DNA from: Tubulanus polymorphus
Lineage: Eukaryota; Animalia; Nemertea
NCBI RefSeq assembly: GCF_964204645.1
Contig: NC_134031.1
Location: 17,347,807 to 17,411,806 of the forward strand
Reading direction: 5' to 3'
Length of the DNA stretch: 64,000 nucleotides
Both the position numbers and the translations under genes were made by a program. The notes beneath the pieces were generated by a model. The model had not been told where the DNA came from, ran no database searches, and saw nothing but the letters and a program-made list of their open reading frames with translations. Of the stretch, positions 1 through 12,979 are shown in pieces; position 1 is the first letter of the stretch; each line of letters starts with the position of its first letter.

Positions 1-3000
1 AATTAGTTAATTGGGTTTTAACAACTCTTCTTGTTCGATGATTTAGCCCCAGTCCCTATTGTACGGTACAATATGTCGCACGCGGTAACATATGCTTTAC
101 AAATATACATGTTTTGTATATCTATATTAAGTATTATATGCAAAAAGCAATAAACACAATACGAGGCACGCGTGTATAGACATTTTTTTCTCTCCTGATT
201 CTCTATCTAATAAGAAACGAAATTACATTATGATATCAATTTAGAGCGAGGTGTACTCGTATTGACGGACGTTTTCTAATAATATTAAGAATTAATAAAT
301 GTTCAGATATTATAAGCGTAACAGCTGCGGGGTTCCATTATAGGCAGGGGAATCCTTACCCAGGGGTCCCGGATCCGAATTGACATTATCGAAGCATAAT
401 AACAATATTGTCTAGCAATAATATGTGTGTGTGTGTACCGGCTGATGGATATTAGGCCTATCAAACGGGTTCTGCTGATAGACGTTGCAATTGACACAAC
501 ATCATTATTGTCGAAAGACTCCGCGCGCACTAGTAATTAGTATAAGAACTAGGTATGTTCAGTAGTTTATTGTGGACTATATAATAGGCTGTATTGGTCG
601 TGTATAATTAAGTTGCACCTTATCCGGTAGGAGGCCATATACTTCGCGACGATCGCTTTTTAATTAAAATTGCTCGGTGCCGTAAGAACCGTGCGAAACG
701 GCCAACCTGTTCTTCTTCCAGTGTATTTGGAGTAAGTGTTTAAGTGAGTGAATAATGAGCAATCACTTAGCAGATGATACCTCTTCCCGTACTGTATTAA
801 ATGCGCCGGTGCTTTGGGGCAGCCGACCTTCGGATGTGATTTCATCATCTGGGATCTCGTTGTTGGTCTAGTCTAGAATGACGTCAATAGTACCTCGCGA
901 AACGCGTATTCAATATTTTCACGTTTCAAAGCTACTGTTCGTTCCGAAAAATTGGATATCCTAATCTGAAGCTATCTGAGGACAACAGATTCTCCGGGTT
1001 GAAGTTGGCTCTTGGGCTCATTGGGCTGTTTCATAAAAACGACTCGCCTGTGCATCGTTCATCCATACTCAACGTCTTCCCTCTTTGTGATAAATCTCAT
1101 CGGCGGCATCGACGTAAAAGCATTTTTCTTATATTTACCGAACCGATGGCGGACTAAACATGGCCCTCGGGCAGCTATTTAATCTCCCCGTGAACGCGAT
1201 CTCTTGTGCAAAACACGTGTTCAAATTTCGACCGAATTATCCGTAAATGGCGGCCGCGCTTCGGAGAAAAACATTTTCCAGATTCCTAATTCCAATCTCG
1301 CCTTTGTAACAATGTCCGTTCGCGGCGCGGTACGTGTGAGAAAAAAGAAATGATCATTTCATTTTCATCCGTACCCGAGTTTTCAATTTAAGTACATTAA
1401 GACTTGTCAATAGCTCGCCTTGTAATAATATTTTCAACCTATAAAATTCTCATCGATTTAAAAGGCTGCAACGCGAAAAAGAAAATTGCTACGGTTGGGA
1501 ACGACGCAGATGAAAAGTGCGTCGGAATAGAATAAATGCTCGTGTAATATAAGGTGTAATTGGCGCGCTTGGGAGTGCAATATCGGCAATGTTCAGATTT
1601 AGCGACGTAATAAAGAATTATTTAATCACACACTCGATTTCGAAATCTCTGCTGAAACGTATAAGTAGAACTCCGAAAAAGACCGGCTGATCCAGACTAC
1701 ACTGTTGTATTATATACGAATTCCACTGGAAGGCGTTAAAAAACTTACCTCGACGCGCGCGCGTTCTTCGTTAGATCCCGCATTTACATATTTCCCTGAT
1801 TAATTGGAAAATTTATCAAAATCGCTATAGCAGAAAACTGACTAAAATTCCCATTTCTCAAATGCGAGCAGTACGCCAAATGAATTTTAAACAGAGGTTT
1901 CGTGTTTCATTGCTTACCGGAGACGGGTATATTATTATCGTCGCTCTTGTAATCTTTGAGATAGATTATCAACTTTGACACCTTTTTCGTGTACAATGTT
2001 AGAGATGATTTGTGGAATAGTCATTATGAACTCGACCTCAAATAGAAAAGGTCCAGTTTCTTTTGAAATCCTAAAAATAGGTTTTTACTCTGTTATTTAT
2101 TTGATTCGGTAGATTTGGTTTGATTTGTTTTGATTTGATGTCCCTTGCAGACCCATTACACTTGTCGGGAACGAAACAGTGGTTTGATCTTGAAATCGGA
2201 AATCTAAGTACAGTTGTGTGACGATCAAATTTATTGAATTTTTTTTCAATTGAAGTACCATAATTGAAAATTTCGGTTCTAGTCCCGGACTGAATGGATT
2301 TAACTTCTTAACGAACACCCTCCAATCAGATTTCAATACGCAGTTTCGCGAGGTATATCCAGATTTTTGTTTTCTATCCTAAAGAAATGCACCGCCCAGG
2401 ATTTTCTCGATGAGATATCATTTTGATGTATTGTAACTTATGGGCGCCTCGGCATGAAATGCATGCGATCATTGCTCAGACCACCGCTGCGTCGCGCATT
2501 CTTTCTCGACAACTAATCGCAGCGCCATGCAAGATCACATATCGTATTTCCATTTCGGTAATGACTTATTTTATTGGATTAATTTCACACAATATCCACG
2601 GCAAAGCGAACAGTGTAATCCAGCAATTTCATAATGGAGAGAGCACACAGTGAAGATTGGTAATGAAAAACAGTCACTTCGGGGAAATTCCTGGATGAAA
2701 TTAATTTCACCAAAAGGATCGCCGAGGAAATGAAAGCTGTCGCTGGAATGATCCTTAAAATGTCTGTCATATGAACTGGAGATGTTATTAGATAGCGCGG
2801 ATAGTGGAGTCCACAGTAATGGGATTTATCTTATACACGGCGTTGGTATTGCGAAAATACACTCGCATGCCAGTTGCAACGAGCTTACCCGTGGGATTGC
2901 ATCAACTGATTCGGCATAATCTACATATAGTAAAACTAGGCCCTGATTACTATGCCATCGGATATCATAATTTGTTTCGAAAAAAGGCATGGCTCAAATT

Positions 3001-5107
3001 TCCACATTCAGTAATAATGTCATAGCCGAGCAATGACTTCTATTTCGATCTACGGCATGGACTGCTCCGGGTGAACTCGTTATCGTCCTGTGAATATACG
3101 TGCTGTTGCAAAGGAATGCTCCATTCCGCTATAGTAAAACAAACTGTACTTTTAAAGCAAGCGTACGAAACACAAAACCTCTAAAGTAACCGTATAGTTA
3201 ATAATAGAAACGTTCACTAAAACAAAGGATGACGTGATTGAATATACTTGCAAAAAAGATTTGTTTATGGATCGCTCCGAATGAACATGCGTCACGAACA
3301 ACGTCAAACCCTCCCCTGCCGCAGCGCTTTCATACTTTCATCTCGTCAGCAATAAAAAATTGACTGGTGTCGTGCTCGTAGGTACGTTCTTTGCACGGAT
3401 GTCGATGACTGGTCGCTGGGCCGTTCTAATTTATTTAAGTGCAATCTCCATCACCTGATGCAGGCGTCCAATAATCCCCAGAATTCACGTGTGTTACAAA
3501 ATAAAAGCGGCCGCAGACCCATCGCCTAATTGACAGATTGGAATTATAAGCCATTCAATTATATAGATTGTATTGGAGTGAGGTGTTCTTGGATCGGGTG
3601 TACGAGTATTCGTTCATTGCGATATCATAAACGCCAGGGTGTGCACAAGAACACGACGAGTGCTTAATAGCCCCAGACTCCATCGAGTGGAAATAGAATA
3701 CAGCATTCATTTCACGTCGCCCTCTATCGCCTCACGTTCGCGATATGTTATAACGTTGAAAATACGAATTTTTAATTATGTTGAACGAGCTAATCTAAGC
3801 CGCACGCGTAATGATGATATGCATACATATACACGCATATTATAAACAGGTATTAACATTATGAAAACAACCGTTATCGTATTCATCGAATTATCTGAGT
3901 GGAAAATTGATTCATATCGAATTTCGGCTGGTGATCAATTCGATAAGAATGACAATAAGTAACAATTTTACGCTCATGAAGCGAATAATTCGTTTTTTTG
4001 GTCGCGATGCGCGCGTTGTTGTTGGATAATTCAATCGTAATAGCGACCCTTGTCTGATTAACGTTCAGCCGCTAATGAAAAATCCGCGAAACCGCCCATA
4101 GTCTTGTCAATATACCAAAATATACCGGTATTGAAGTAATTTAAAGCTAGTTCTTATTCATTAAAAGGTGCCTATGCTCATCCATTTGAATATGCGGTTG
4201 ATGGTGCGGCCCAACTTCCGGTTTTGCGTACACCGCGTAACATTTTACGCGCGGACTCGTCATCGGCACGAAATTCCATCGATTCGATCTCGACATCTTT
4301 TACTAAACGGTGCACCGTTATGAAGATGACAGGGCTCCGTATCAAAGACTCCATTAGCTAAGTATTTCTAGAAGTTAAAAGGAAACGCGTTTCTGATTAA
4401 AAATACGTTCGCGACGCACACCTTGACGATATAGACGATATTATTTAATGGATGCGGAGTTACGGCTTTTAAAACTAAATGGTATATTTCCTACTTTATC
4501 AATGAAGTGGGGGTAAATCTCGGAATAGTCCAATTATTAACTTTATCACGGCAACGACACTAATGCAACCGTATTTATGATAAAAGATTGACAAGTAAAC
4601 AAATCACTGATGTTTCAACCCTTCAAGCGTTAGCTTGGTCGATAGCTTTTAATAATCTTATAACCAAAGCGCCTAACCGTTATAGACGTACGTTTCCTTT
4701 CCCGAGGCGGCTGCTGGCTTGAAAATACTGTATCTTTACGTTTTGTTTATCCATTAGACTCGACAAAATAACAAGACCTTTCATTTGTGTGATATAATGA
4801 TTTTACCCTTGTTCGAATATATATTCAGGCAAAACAGCAAACACGCGAATATTAGATCCGAGCCGACCAATAAATGTGGATTGGAAATATATAAATGTCG
4901 CTTTTACGGTGTGGCGGTTAGTGAGTTCAGCTAATTGACTCGTGCCGCTAATTGCGATATCGATGCGTATTGTGCGATTGTTATTAAATTCAGAAATAAT
5001 GTGCAACCCGTATAGTGCATCGCTCGTACAGGTCTTTCTTCTCGTTTGTGTGTCTATACACGAATATTGTTTCATTGTAAATGCTTTTCTCTTGTTATAA
5101 TTCGCCG

Positions 5108-5152
5108 TTCTCTCTCTCCCTCTACCTCTCTCTCCCTCTATCTCCCGTTCTC
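5108..5152. promoter_or_regulatory. CT-rich (GAGA-type) tract, possible promoter-proximal element upstream of the LMO4-like gene
   Basis: TTCTCTCTCTCCCTCTACCTCTCTCTCCCTCTATCTCCCGTTCTCT; a promoter role is inferred only. Confidence 0.3.
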
Positions 5153-6563
5153 TAATAGCCCATTAGCGAGTCTGTGTAGTTCGCGGATGAAAAATATTTT
5201 AATGGTCCAATTTGCTTTGTGTACACATTCACAGCTGAATGCAGTGCCACGATAATCATTAGGATCCGCCGAGTTTACTAATTATCACAAGTTGTATTTG
5301 AAGGTAGTCATTAGACGTTTACTCGGGCGCATTTCGATGCTTATTACCCCTACCTCTTTCTGCGTTCGCCGCCTCGTTATTTCGGCCAATTAACCATATA
5401 CTCGTTTCCTTTGCGAACGAGAAAGAAAGCTGCCGCAAAAAGAGCAACGGCGCATTTTTAAAGCGATTTTTCATATGCGCCTCCGTCCTGCTTTTCAAGA
5501 CGTGAAGATCTTGCGTCACGATTATCAGACATTAAAAAGACAAATATAATTGTGCCCCCTTCTTTCGAAAGCATCTGTTAATTGCCTTTTCCGACCCGTT
5601 GTAATCGGTATGAATAGATCTGGGGCCCGTTGCTCAAATGTTGGTTAGAGCTAGCCAGTGGATAAATGCCATAAGAAGCTACTAATGATCGTGCGCCCAT
5701 CCCTAGCACTTCTACGACCGAGGGCTGGTGATAACACGTGCAGTCCTTATCGCACGACCGAGCTGTCGCTTTTCGGTGGCGTCTCGTTGAGCCTTTTCCG
5801 CGTGGACATTTCTCCATATAACCGCCATGTGTGAAATCAAACCGAATCGTCTGCTCGCCAGAAACCAAAGACGTGCTAATTCGATATGAAACGACGTACA
5901 TGCGGTGTTGATTTTAAGATTACGCGTTGATTATTACTACTGGAATCACAGCTGCTGGCGAGGATTAGAATTATATACCGGGTCGACATGGCTGCCGCTG
6001 CCAATATAATGGATTGAAACATCATCATCGCCCGGATCTGAGTAGATATCGTCGATCTCGACGTCGCTTCTCTCTTTCTCTTTTCGTGTGGGAATGAAAC
6101 ACGTGCGCACGGCGTCGACGACAGAACAGTGGCGCAGGTATTCCGATTGCTGCAGTGTGACAAATAAGTATATGTTTTCGCCGACGTTTTATGAATATTT
6201 AATGCGATTATGCGAGGGACATGTGTCAACTGAGAAACTGAATTCGCGATTGTGTAGAGAAGAGAGTCTGCGCGAGGCTCCCACGGGAGATGCGTTTTGA
6301 GTGGTTCGGTCATTATGTAGATTTAGTTAAGGGTTGATTTCGCGATTGACCCACTCTTGCGCAACGAGTATCACTGAGCCGAGTGCATCCAATTAAAACC
6401 CCGGTACGTACCAGATGCAATACACCTGTACAATCATTGCCAATCTAATTGATCCATTTACCATCGTCATATATGATGAGTATAAACTGTTTGTTCAGAT
6501 TAATTGATTTGTGGTGTGTAAATCAAAACGCAGGTTTTTCAGCGTCGAAAGATTTATCCGTGG

Positions 6564-6814
6564 CAGTGGTGTATCCAGGCGATGGTTTTGGGAGTCCAGA
6601 CCTTTACGTTGGCCGCGAAAGCCTTTTTTGTCATGACAGGGACCCATAAAACCTATGAACTCGATACTCATTCCAGGAAATTGTATTTAGGGTGAATTTC
6701 TTCAAAAACATTTTACCCCACTTGTGATCTGAAGTGCGGCTCATTCAATCAAGGAATGCTTTTCCTTTTCTTTTATACCCCTGCAGCATTCAACTTTTTC
6801 TAGATCCACCCCAG
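6564..6814. mobile_element. Degenerate hAT-like MITE remnant
   Basis: Ends CAGTGGTGTATCCAG ... CTAGATCCACCCCAG resemble the CAGGGGCGGATCCAG TIR family. Confidence 0.4.
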
Positions 6815-6836
6815 CCTTGGTCAAACCATACACATT

Positions 6837-6971
6837 AAGACGAAAAAGAATACTTGTCTAATAGGTGAGGATATTCTTAAGATTTTGCAGTCAAATCGAT
6901 AGTCACTATCGATTTGACTGCAAAATCTTAAGAATATCCTCACCTATTAGACAAGTATTCTTTTTCGTCTT
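6837..6971. repeat. Perfect 135-bp palindrome (67-bp arms, 1-nt spacer)
   Basis: AAGACGAAAAAGAATAC...TCAAATCGATAGT-C-ACTATCGATTTGA...GTATTCTTTTTCGTCTT; the arms pair without mismatch around C6904. Confidence 0.95.
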
Positions 6972-9900
6972 TTCATTACATGGACGCTTCGAAGAATAAT
7001 TCACATATCTCTCGTGGGAATCAGAAGTTTTTTATTTTACTTACGATACGTTCCTGACACGGGTGCGTGATTCTTGACTCTCGAAACGGTCGCGATCTCG
7101 CGATCCATCAGCGTTTATTGAACATTCGATGAAATCACGGTTTATACATTTTCCACTATTGATAATTGCCTGTATCAATCTTCCGCAGCTCGCTGGAATC
7201 GGGGATTTCTTCGGCGTTTTGTTCAAAATCGTTCTCTTTGAGTGACCATAAATCGTGGCCAAGTCTCCAGGGCGGCGTTCTTTTGACCATGTTATCAGAT
7301 ACGACACGCGTTTCGGCAATCTACAAACTTCAGTTTGTTCTTTCTCTCGTTCGCTCGACTGAGGGCTGCGTTACACTGTATATCCAGCAGTGTGTGTATA
7401 TCAATCACCGTCGAGACAGACACTGCGAAATTGAAAGAAATTTAATTGAATGGAGCGCGGCGTTTGGGGATTTGTTTTGTCGTTTGATACGGGAAAATGT
7501 TATCGTTTGCCTCTTAAATTATGGGACTCTGGTGGTTTCATTTGTACAAGAAGTTGATTGGATAACTTCGCGCGTGGCTGATGCCGGCCTCCATTGCGCT
7601 GTGCACTTCCGGGCAACAGACGAATCGGGATTCACAAGGTCAAGGTTGCACGCACTGATCCGACGATTTCGAACTCGGCGCGTTATTCGGGAAATCGTGA
7701 TAAAGCAGCAAATAGCGAGTCCTCGGGTGATCATAAGTTTCATAAATCCTTGACATCAGAATTTTCCTATCATTGTAACGTCCTGTCGTAGAAGCCACCA
7801 ATAATAAAGGTGTAACGATACGATGATTTAAATGTATGGTAAAGGACAAATATGATTCTCTGTAAAGCTGTACCTTTTCCTGTGTATCATCTAATAATTG
7901 ACCCAATTATCACTATTGCTTATTGATGAATGTGATGATCATCACGGTAGCAATTATCTCTACGGTATCTCAGCATTCTTCGTTAACACGGACATGGTTC
8001 TTATTATGGCGAATTCTTACGGGTTTGTTAGCGAGTAAATTTAGCTAATTGCGGTCGAATGCGATGCTCCATCGGCTTTTAGAGGAAATTCGAAAGCTTT
8101 TAAATTTCCATTACGCTAGATGCACCAGCTGGGAGCCTCGACTCTGGCGAACGGGAAACCGTTCGACGAGATAACAAGACCTTTCTGCGATGCGTGTTGT
8201 ATAATTGAACTTTGAAGAAAAAAAATCGACTTAAGGCTTTCCGCCCGTTATATTACCTCAATTAGATTATTTTAACTCTCAACTGCGTTCAGCAGAGGTA
8301 TTTCTCGTAAGGAGATTGAACTGCTTGGGCAGATTTAGAAACAACAAACAATAGCATTTTTTGCCGTTAGCCCAAGAAAGGAAACTCCAGTATGGGGCGC
8401 CGTGTGGGACATTACCTCAAGTTTTTATCCATGTTGACTTTTCTTATGTTGATAATACAAAGCCTAATAATTTATATCCCAATGCTGATTCTAAACCACT
8501 GTTGAGATTTTTGTAAATTCACTATCGAGAATTGTCTAAACCAAATTCCCAACATCATTTCGGATGATAGCTAAAATGTTAGTACAGCTGTTTTGAGCCA
8601 CTATGATTCCGAAACTTTCCAATTACCCCCATCAAACACAGTTCTCTCGTCTTCAAACTCCGACGCGAGGGTTTATCGGATATTCGAATATGAGGCGAAT
8701 TTACATTGTGTTATGTGTGCGTAATGTCTAATAAGTTTCAATTAATCAAAGTATAATATTTGTATCGCTTGTTGGACAAACATGTTGCGCACTTCGATAT
8801 TAATTTACCCCAACGATCACAGCGCATTAGTTTCGATTCGACTCAGACAGATTCCCGACAAGCCTCTGTGCCTTACAGAGATTTCGATGAAATTTCCTTG
8901 TAGTAGAGATTGGATCACGAGCATATAGGGTCTCTCCACGATTCACAGGTAAATGTTAAATACCGCTGTAAGATGTTTCTCCGACCATCCGGAAAACGTC
9001 AAATAGTTCATTCTGCTGAATGCATTTTTTCTCTAACGCAATTTTCTAAAAATCACCGATAGTGTTAGTTCTTGCTGTGTATAAGCGCCGTTCGTCATAT
9101 TTTGTTTTAGTGAATCGTGTGTATGTTTACAAGACGTAAGTATAAACATACGTCAGCGATTCAGTTCTCTACTTGAAGGGAACGACCACTTAAATCCGCT
9201 GTTTCTGTACACGATGAGTGCCTAAAACCTTCGCGAAAAGTAAGGCAATGACCGCCGTTAAGCTCGACGCGCACGACTCCAGCGAAACATGGAACAAAGA
9301 AACAGGAAACACCTGATCGATCATGTTTTATCTCGGAAACGTTGATTCCCGAATCCAAGTTCCTCGCTTCTCATAAACGCATATACGACGGGCAGTGAAA
9401 CATATTTCTGTTTCCGCGTTTTCTCTGCGTCGTATGCGTTGGGCTTTAGGCGCAAATCGGAAAGAATTTAGTGATGGAAATAAATAAAATCGGAAGAGTT
9501 TCACTGGTTAATGGTGATTGTATACTTAGCGGCACTCGGCGAGTCGAAAAAAAGCTAAAACACGTATTTCGCGCGGTAATGCTCGACCGGCGTGTTGTTT
9601 TCATGCGATAAACAGCACGTTTTCTTGATATAAAATATAGTTTAATTGACTCTACCTCCTGTCCGTTATGAGCCATTAAGTTAATTCTTCGCTAATGCAT
9701 CGCCGACAAGAAGCTGGGCTAAGGTTCTCGTTTTATCAGCTTCGCCGGTATGTGGTCGCCGATTGGATGGGAACGCAAGTTATACGGACTGTTAATGCAG
9801 TCAGGTATAATGTTCTAATAGGTAACTATTATCGTCTAGGATTTTCTCTCTATCACTTGATAAGGTGATGGACATTTTTCCATTTGAAGCGTGTATGCGC

Positions 9901-11324
9901 CTAATGGCCCGTTAATGATTTGTAAATACAGCGTCTATTTTCACGATGCTTAAATGCAGATCGGAGCGTCGTTGGAAAAACAACGTTTTAACCTTAATAT
10001 CGGAAGATCTATATCTTTATGAATCGCTTACTGTTAGATATAATATTGATACTAGTGATGATTCGGTAAGATGTTTGACGGAGTTGAGAAAGTCATTTTC
10101 CCTCGAGGTTGAAATCCCACTGACGGTAGAAAGCTTTCGACCGCGAGATGTGCTGTTGTTCTATGACGATAAAGCTCGTACTGTTTTCACTGAATCTGCG
10201 AATCGCCACTGGACGCAAACTGTTTTATTATATCAGAGCCATTTTGTTGCTTGTCCATTAATGTGCTAGCCATTACGCATATGCGCTACTAATAGGTTTT
10301 CCATTTACTTCCAATGAACAGTATGTTAAAAGGAAATGGGAGGTCGAACCATCTCCGCGGCTTAGCTTACCCTAATGTGTTACAAAGTGGAATGTTTTTA
10401 TATCAAAATGGTCATGCTTCACTATACGGGGTATACTCTCCTTGCCGTGAGAGCCGGCTTAGTGGACGTTACAATGCTAACATTTTCCACACACTCTGTC
10501 GCCGAAACCATGGAAGGCCATTTTCTGATTTGTCTTTGGAAAAAATCATTTCCGAAAATAGTCGTCATTCTGAAAAAAAAAGGTTGATGCATGTGGACAG
10601 GTATTCTGCCGTATAAAAAAATCGGTTATTTTAACCACATTGTCACGCCTTTAATATCCACTCGAATTTTTTTCTTTGCTCAATGGTTAATGACAAGTTC
10701 AATTTATATCGTCGTCTACAACGACTCGGGTGTTAGCAGCAATGACACACGCCGATCACGGGCCTAATTGATTGCCAGTTGTTTGCGTATCCACGGCGAA
10801 TTTAATATATACAACAAGCTTCGTACCGGGGAACTGAGTGTATTTTCTGGACTCTTCGGGGAGTATTCGGTTCCGATGGGTAATAGCGAAAAGCGCGCGA
10901 AATAATCGAATAATTTGTTCGGTTAGTTTGCGAGTCATGCGAGACAACGTGAATCGACGGTCGGCAGATGTAACCGGTACTCCCGGCGGTTTGACTAAGA
11001 AAAAACGAACGTTTGATAACAAGACCAATTTACGCGTGATGCGATACGAATATTCGTCGATGTCCTGTCGTTGAAGCGACCGATCAACGAAAGACAATAT
11101 TCGCGCGTATCACGATTCAGCTTCATAACAGTAAAAATCGTCCGCTCTGCAGCTTGCACAGAAATTACATTAACTTCGATTGTTCGATATAAAACGCAGT
11201 TCCCGCGCGAGATGAGTTAGTTGAAAATCCCACGATAAATCCGAAAAGACGAAATTTTCTGTAGAAAAAGGGTTGTGAATTGAAACATTTCGTCAAGTAT
11301 CAATAGCAGTAGGCCTGGTGATGG

Positions 11325-11605
11325 CAAAGGCAGATTCAGGATTCTTTGAATGGGGTGGGCCTGCAAATTGAAAGGGTGCTTCATATGAAAAGGGCAGATT
11401 TAGCAATGCGAGGGCTGCTAGCAAAGCATTGGCGAGGGTTTTGGTGGCCCTACAGCAGAATATTGAAAAACAAGAGGGGACTTTTCATGCCCTTAACGGA
11501 GCCGATTCGGACTTACGTTTAAAATTTTCTTTGCAAAAATAAGATTTCCAGACTTTTTGGGGCACACCAGTCCACCCGGTCCACCCCCTATATATCCGCC
11601 CATTG
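11325..11605. mobile_element. Degenerate hAT-like MITE remnant
   Basis: CAAAGGCAGATTCAGG ... CCACCCCCTATATATCCGCCCATTG; CpG-poor, G/C-run-rich interior unlike the flanks. Confidence 0.4.
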
Positions 11606-12714
11606 TTTATTCACTTTCTACCGAACATTATTTTAAGTCTCATCGTGGTATTTTCTACATTTTAAACTCGATTATTAGTTTGCAGGATTGCGGACAAAGT
11701 GCATAGCGTCTGCTAAAACAAACATCAATGTTCAATGTTTTTTTTTCGGACCTGGGTGACGGTTTCTCGATGATGTCGATGTCGTGTTTGTTCAGCGTTT
11801 GGCCACGTAAACACAAGCACCGCGGCCGCACTATGTCTTCCGTAATATACGACGTATCATGACGATTAAATTAATTATTCGTATTAGTGTAATATCGGAC
11901 CGGCCGTTCAATTTGCTCGAGGATGCATCGGTGGTCATTTACACGGCCGTAATCCAAATGTTGTATTTAATTAGCCAAACACGTACGTATCGACAGTTTA
12001 AACAGAGCCAGCTCTGTGTCGACAGCGAGATACAATCTTCTTAGAATGTAATTGACTTGAGGAAAATCGAAATTAATTAACACACAAAATCGAATTCGTA
12101 CTTAATTAATTGACTCAAAGCAAGTGAATCCGCATTCGCGCCGAGTAATAATTGTTTCGTAATGCCTGCCAAGCCGCGCCACATGCGTATACAGATCTAA
12201 GAGGCGCGGGGGTAATTCGCTTTGATGACGAGCTATTCGATGCACGACTAAGTAAAGGTGGCTTAATGTTATTATTACAAGGTATTGATAGAGAGCGCGT
12301 AATTGAATAAGAAAAATATTAATCAGGGGATCGCATTTTAATTAAGCAAATGCGGAAGGGTTTAGCTAAGGGATGATGCGTTGTTTCATCTTAAAGCCGA
12401 GCTGAAACGGTCGTCTGCCTTTGCGAGTTTGCCACTCGAGGGATACGATTTTGTACATTTTCTGTTGTTAATTAGTTTTGCCATGGAGATATATAACTGC
12501 TGCGAGGCTTAGCGGTTTTTGCTGTCTCGGTTTTTTTTGCGAAGGGGCTACGGTTTCGACGGGCCACAGATTGATGTATATAGTTTGATGTGTGTAGTTT
12601 CTTTCTAAACAGGATTTTAAGTCTGACCTGAATCGCCGTGGCGTTATTTATTCAAGTAGGACTAGATTTCGATCGAAAGTTAATAATTGTTTTTTTTTTA
12701 ATTGTATCTTTCAG

Positions 12715-12979
12715 CGAACCCTATGGCAACTTGTAACCAAACTCAGAACAACAATAATCCTAATATCACAGCAACGCTGGCTCAAAACAACAATATACAA
12801 GTGAAATCGTGTGCCGGTTGCGGTGCGCGGATATGCGACCGGTATTTGTTACACGCAGTGGACCGTTATTGGCACACGGGCTGCCTAAAGTGTTCTTGCT
12901 GTCAGGCTCATTTAGGAGAAATAGGAACGTCGTGTTTTGCCAAAAGAGGAATGATACTTTGTAAAAATGATTACATAAG
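12715..12979 (+). CDS. LMO4: LMO4-like exon encoding LIM domain 1
   Basis: Acceptor TTTCAG ends at 12714 after a poly-T tract; ATG at 12723; C-x2-C...H-x2-C-x2-C-x2-C...C-x2-D LIM pattern; donor GTAGGT at 12980. Confidence 0.95.

Noticed and set aside
5876-6313. 145-aa minus-strand ORF
   Set aside because: No domain similarity and no splice support; lies antisense to the probable LMO4 5' region.
7166-7753. 195-aa ORF, the longest ORF outside the three genes
   Set aside because: TTG start, no recognisable domain, and overlapped by similar ORFs on both strands; consistent with a chance ORF in CpG-rich promoter-like DNA.
10459-10653. Possible Kolobok-like MITE (GGACGTTACAATG...CATTGTCACGCC-TTTAA)
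   Set aside because: The TIR is short and mismatched, and the left TTAA is not intact.
4768-11026. ATAACAAGACC recurring at 4768, 8171 and 11016 (two copies share 15 bp)
   Set aside because: A few such matches are expected by chance in 64 kb of AT-rich DNA; flanks do not align and spacing is irregular.
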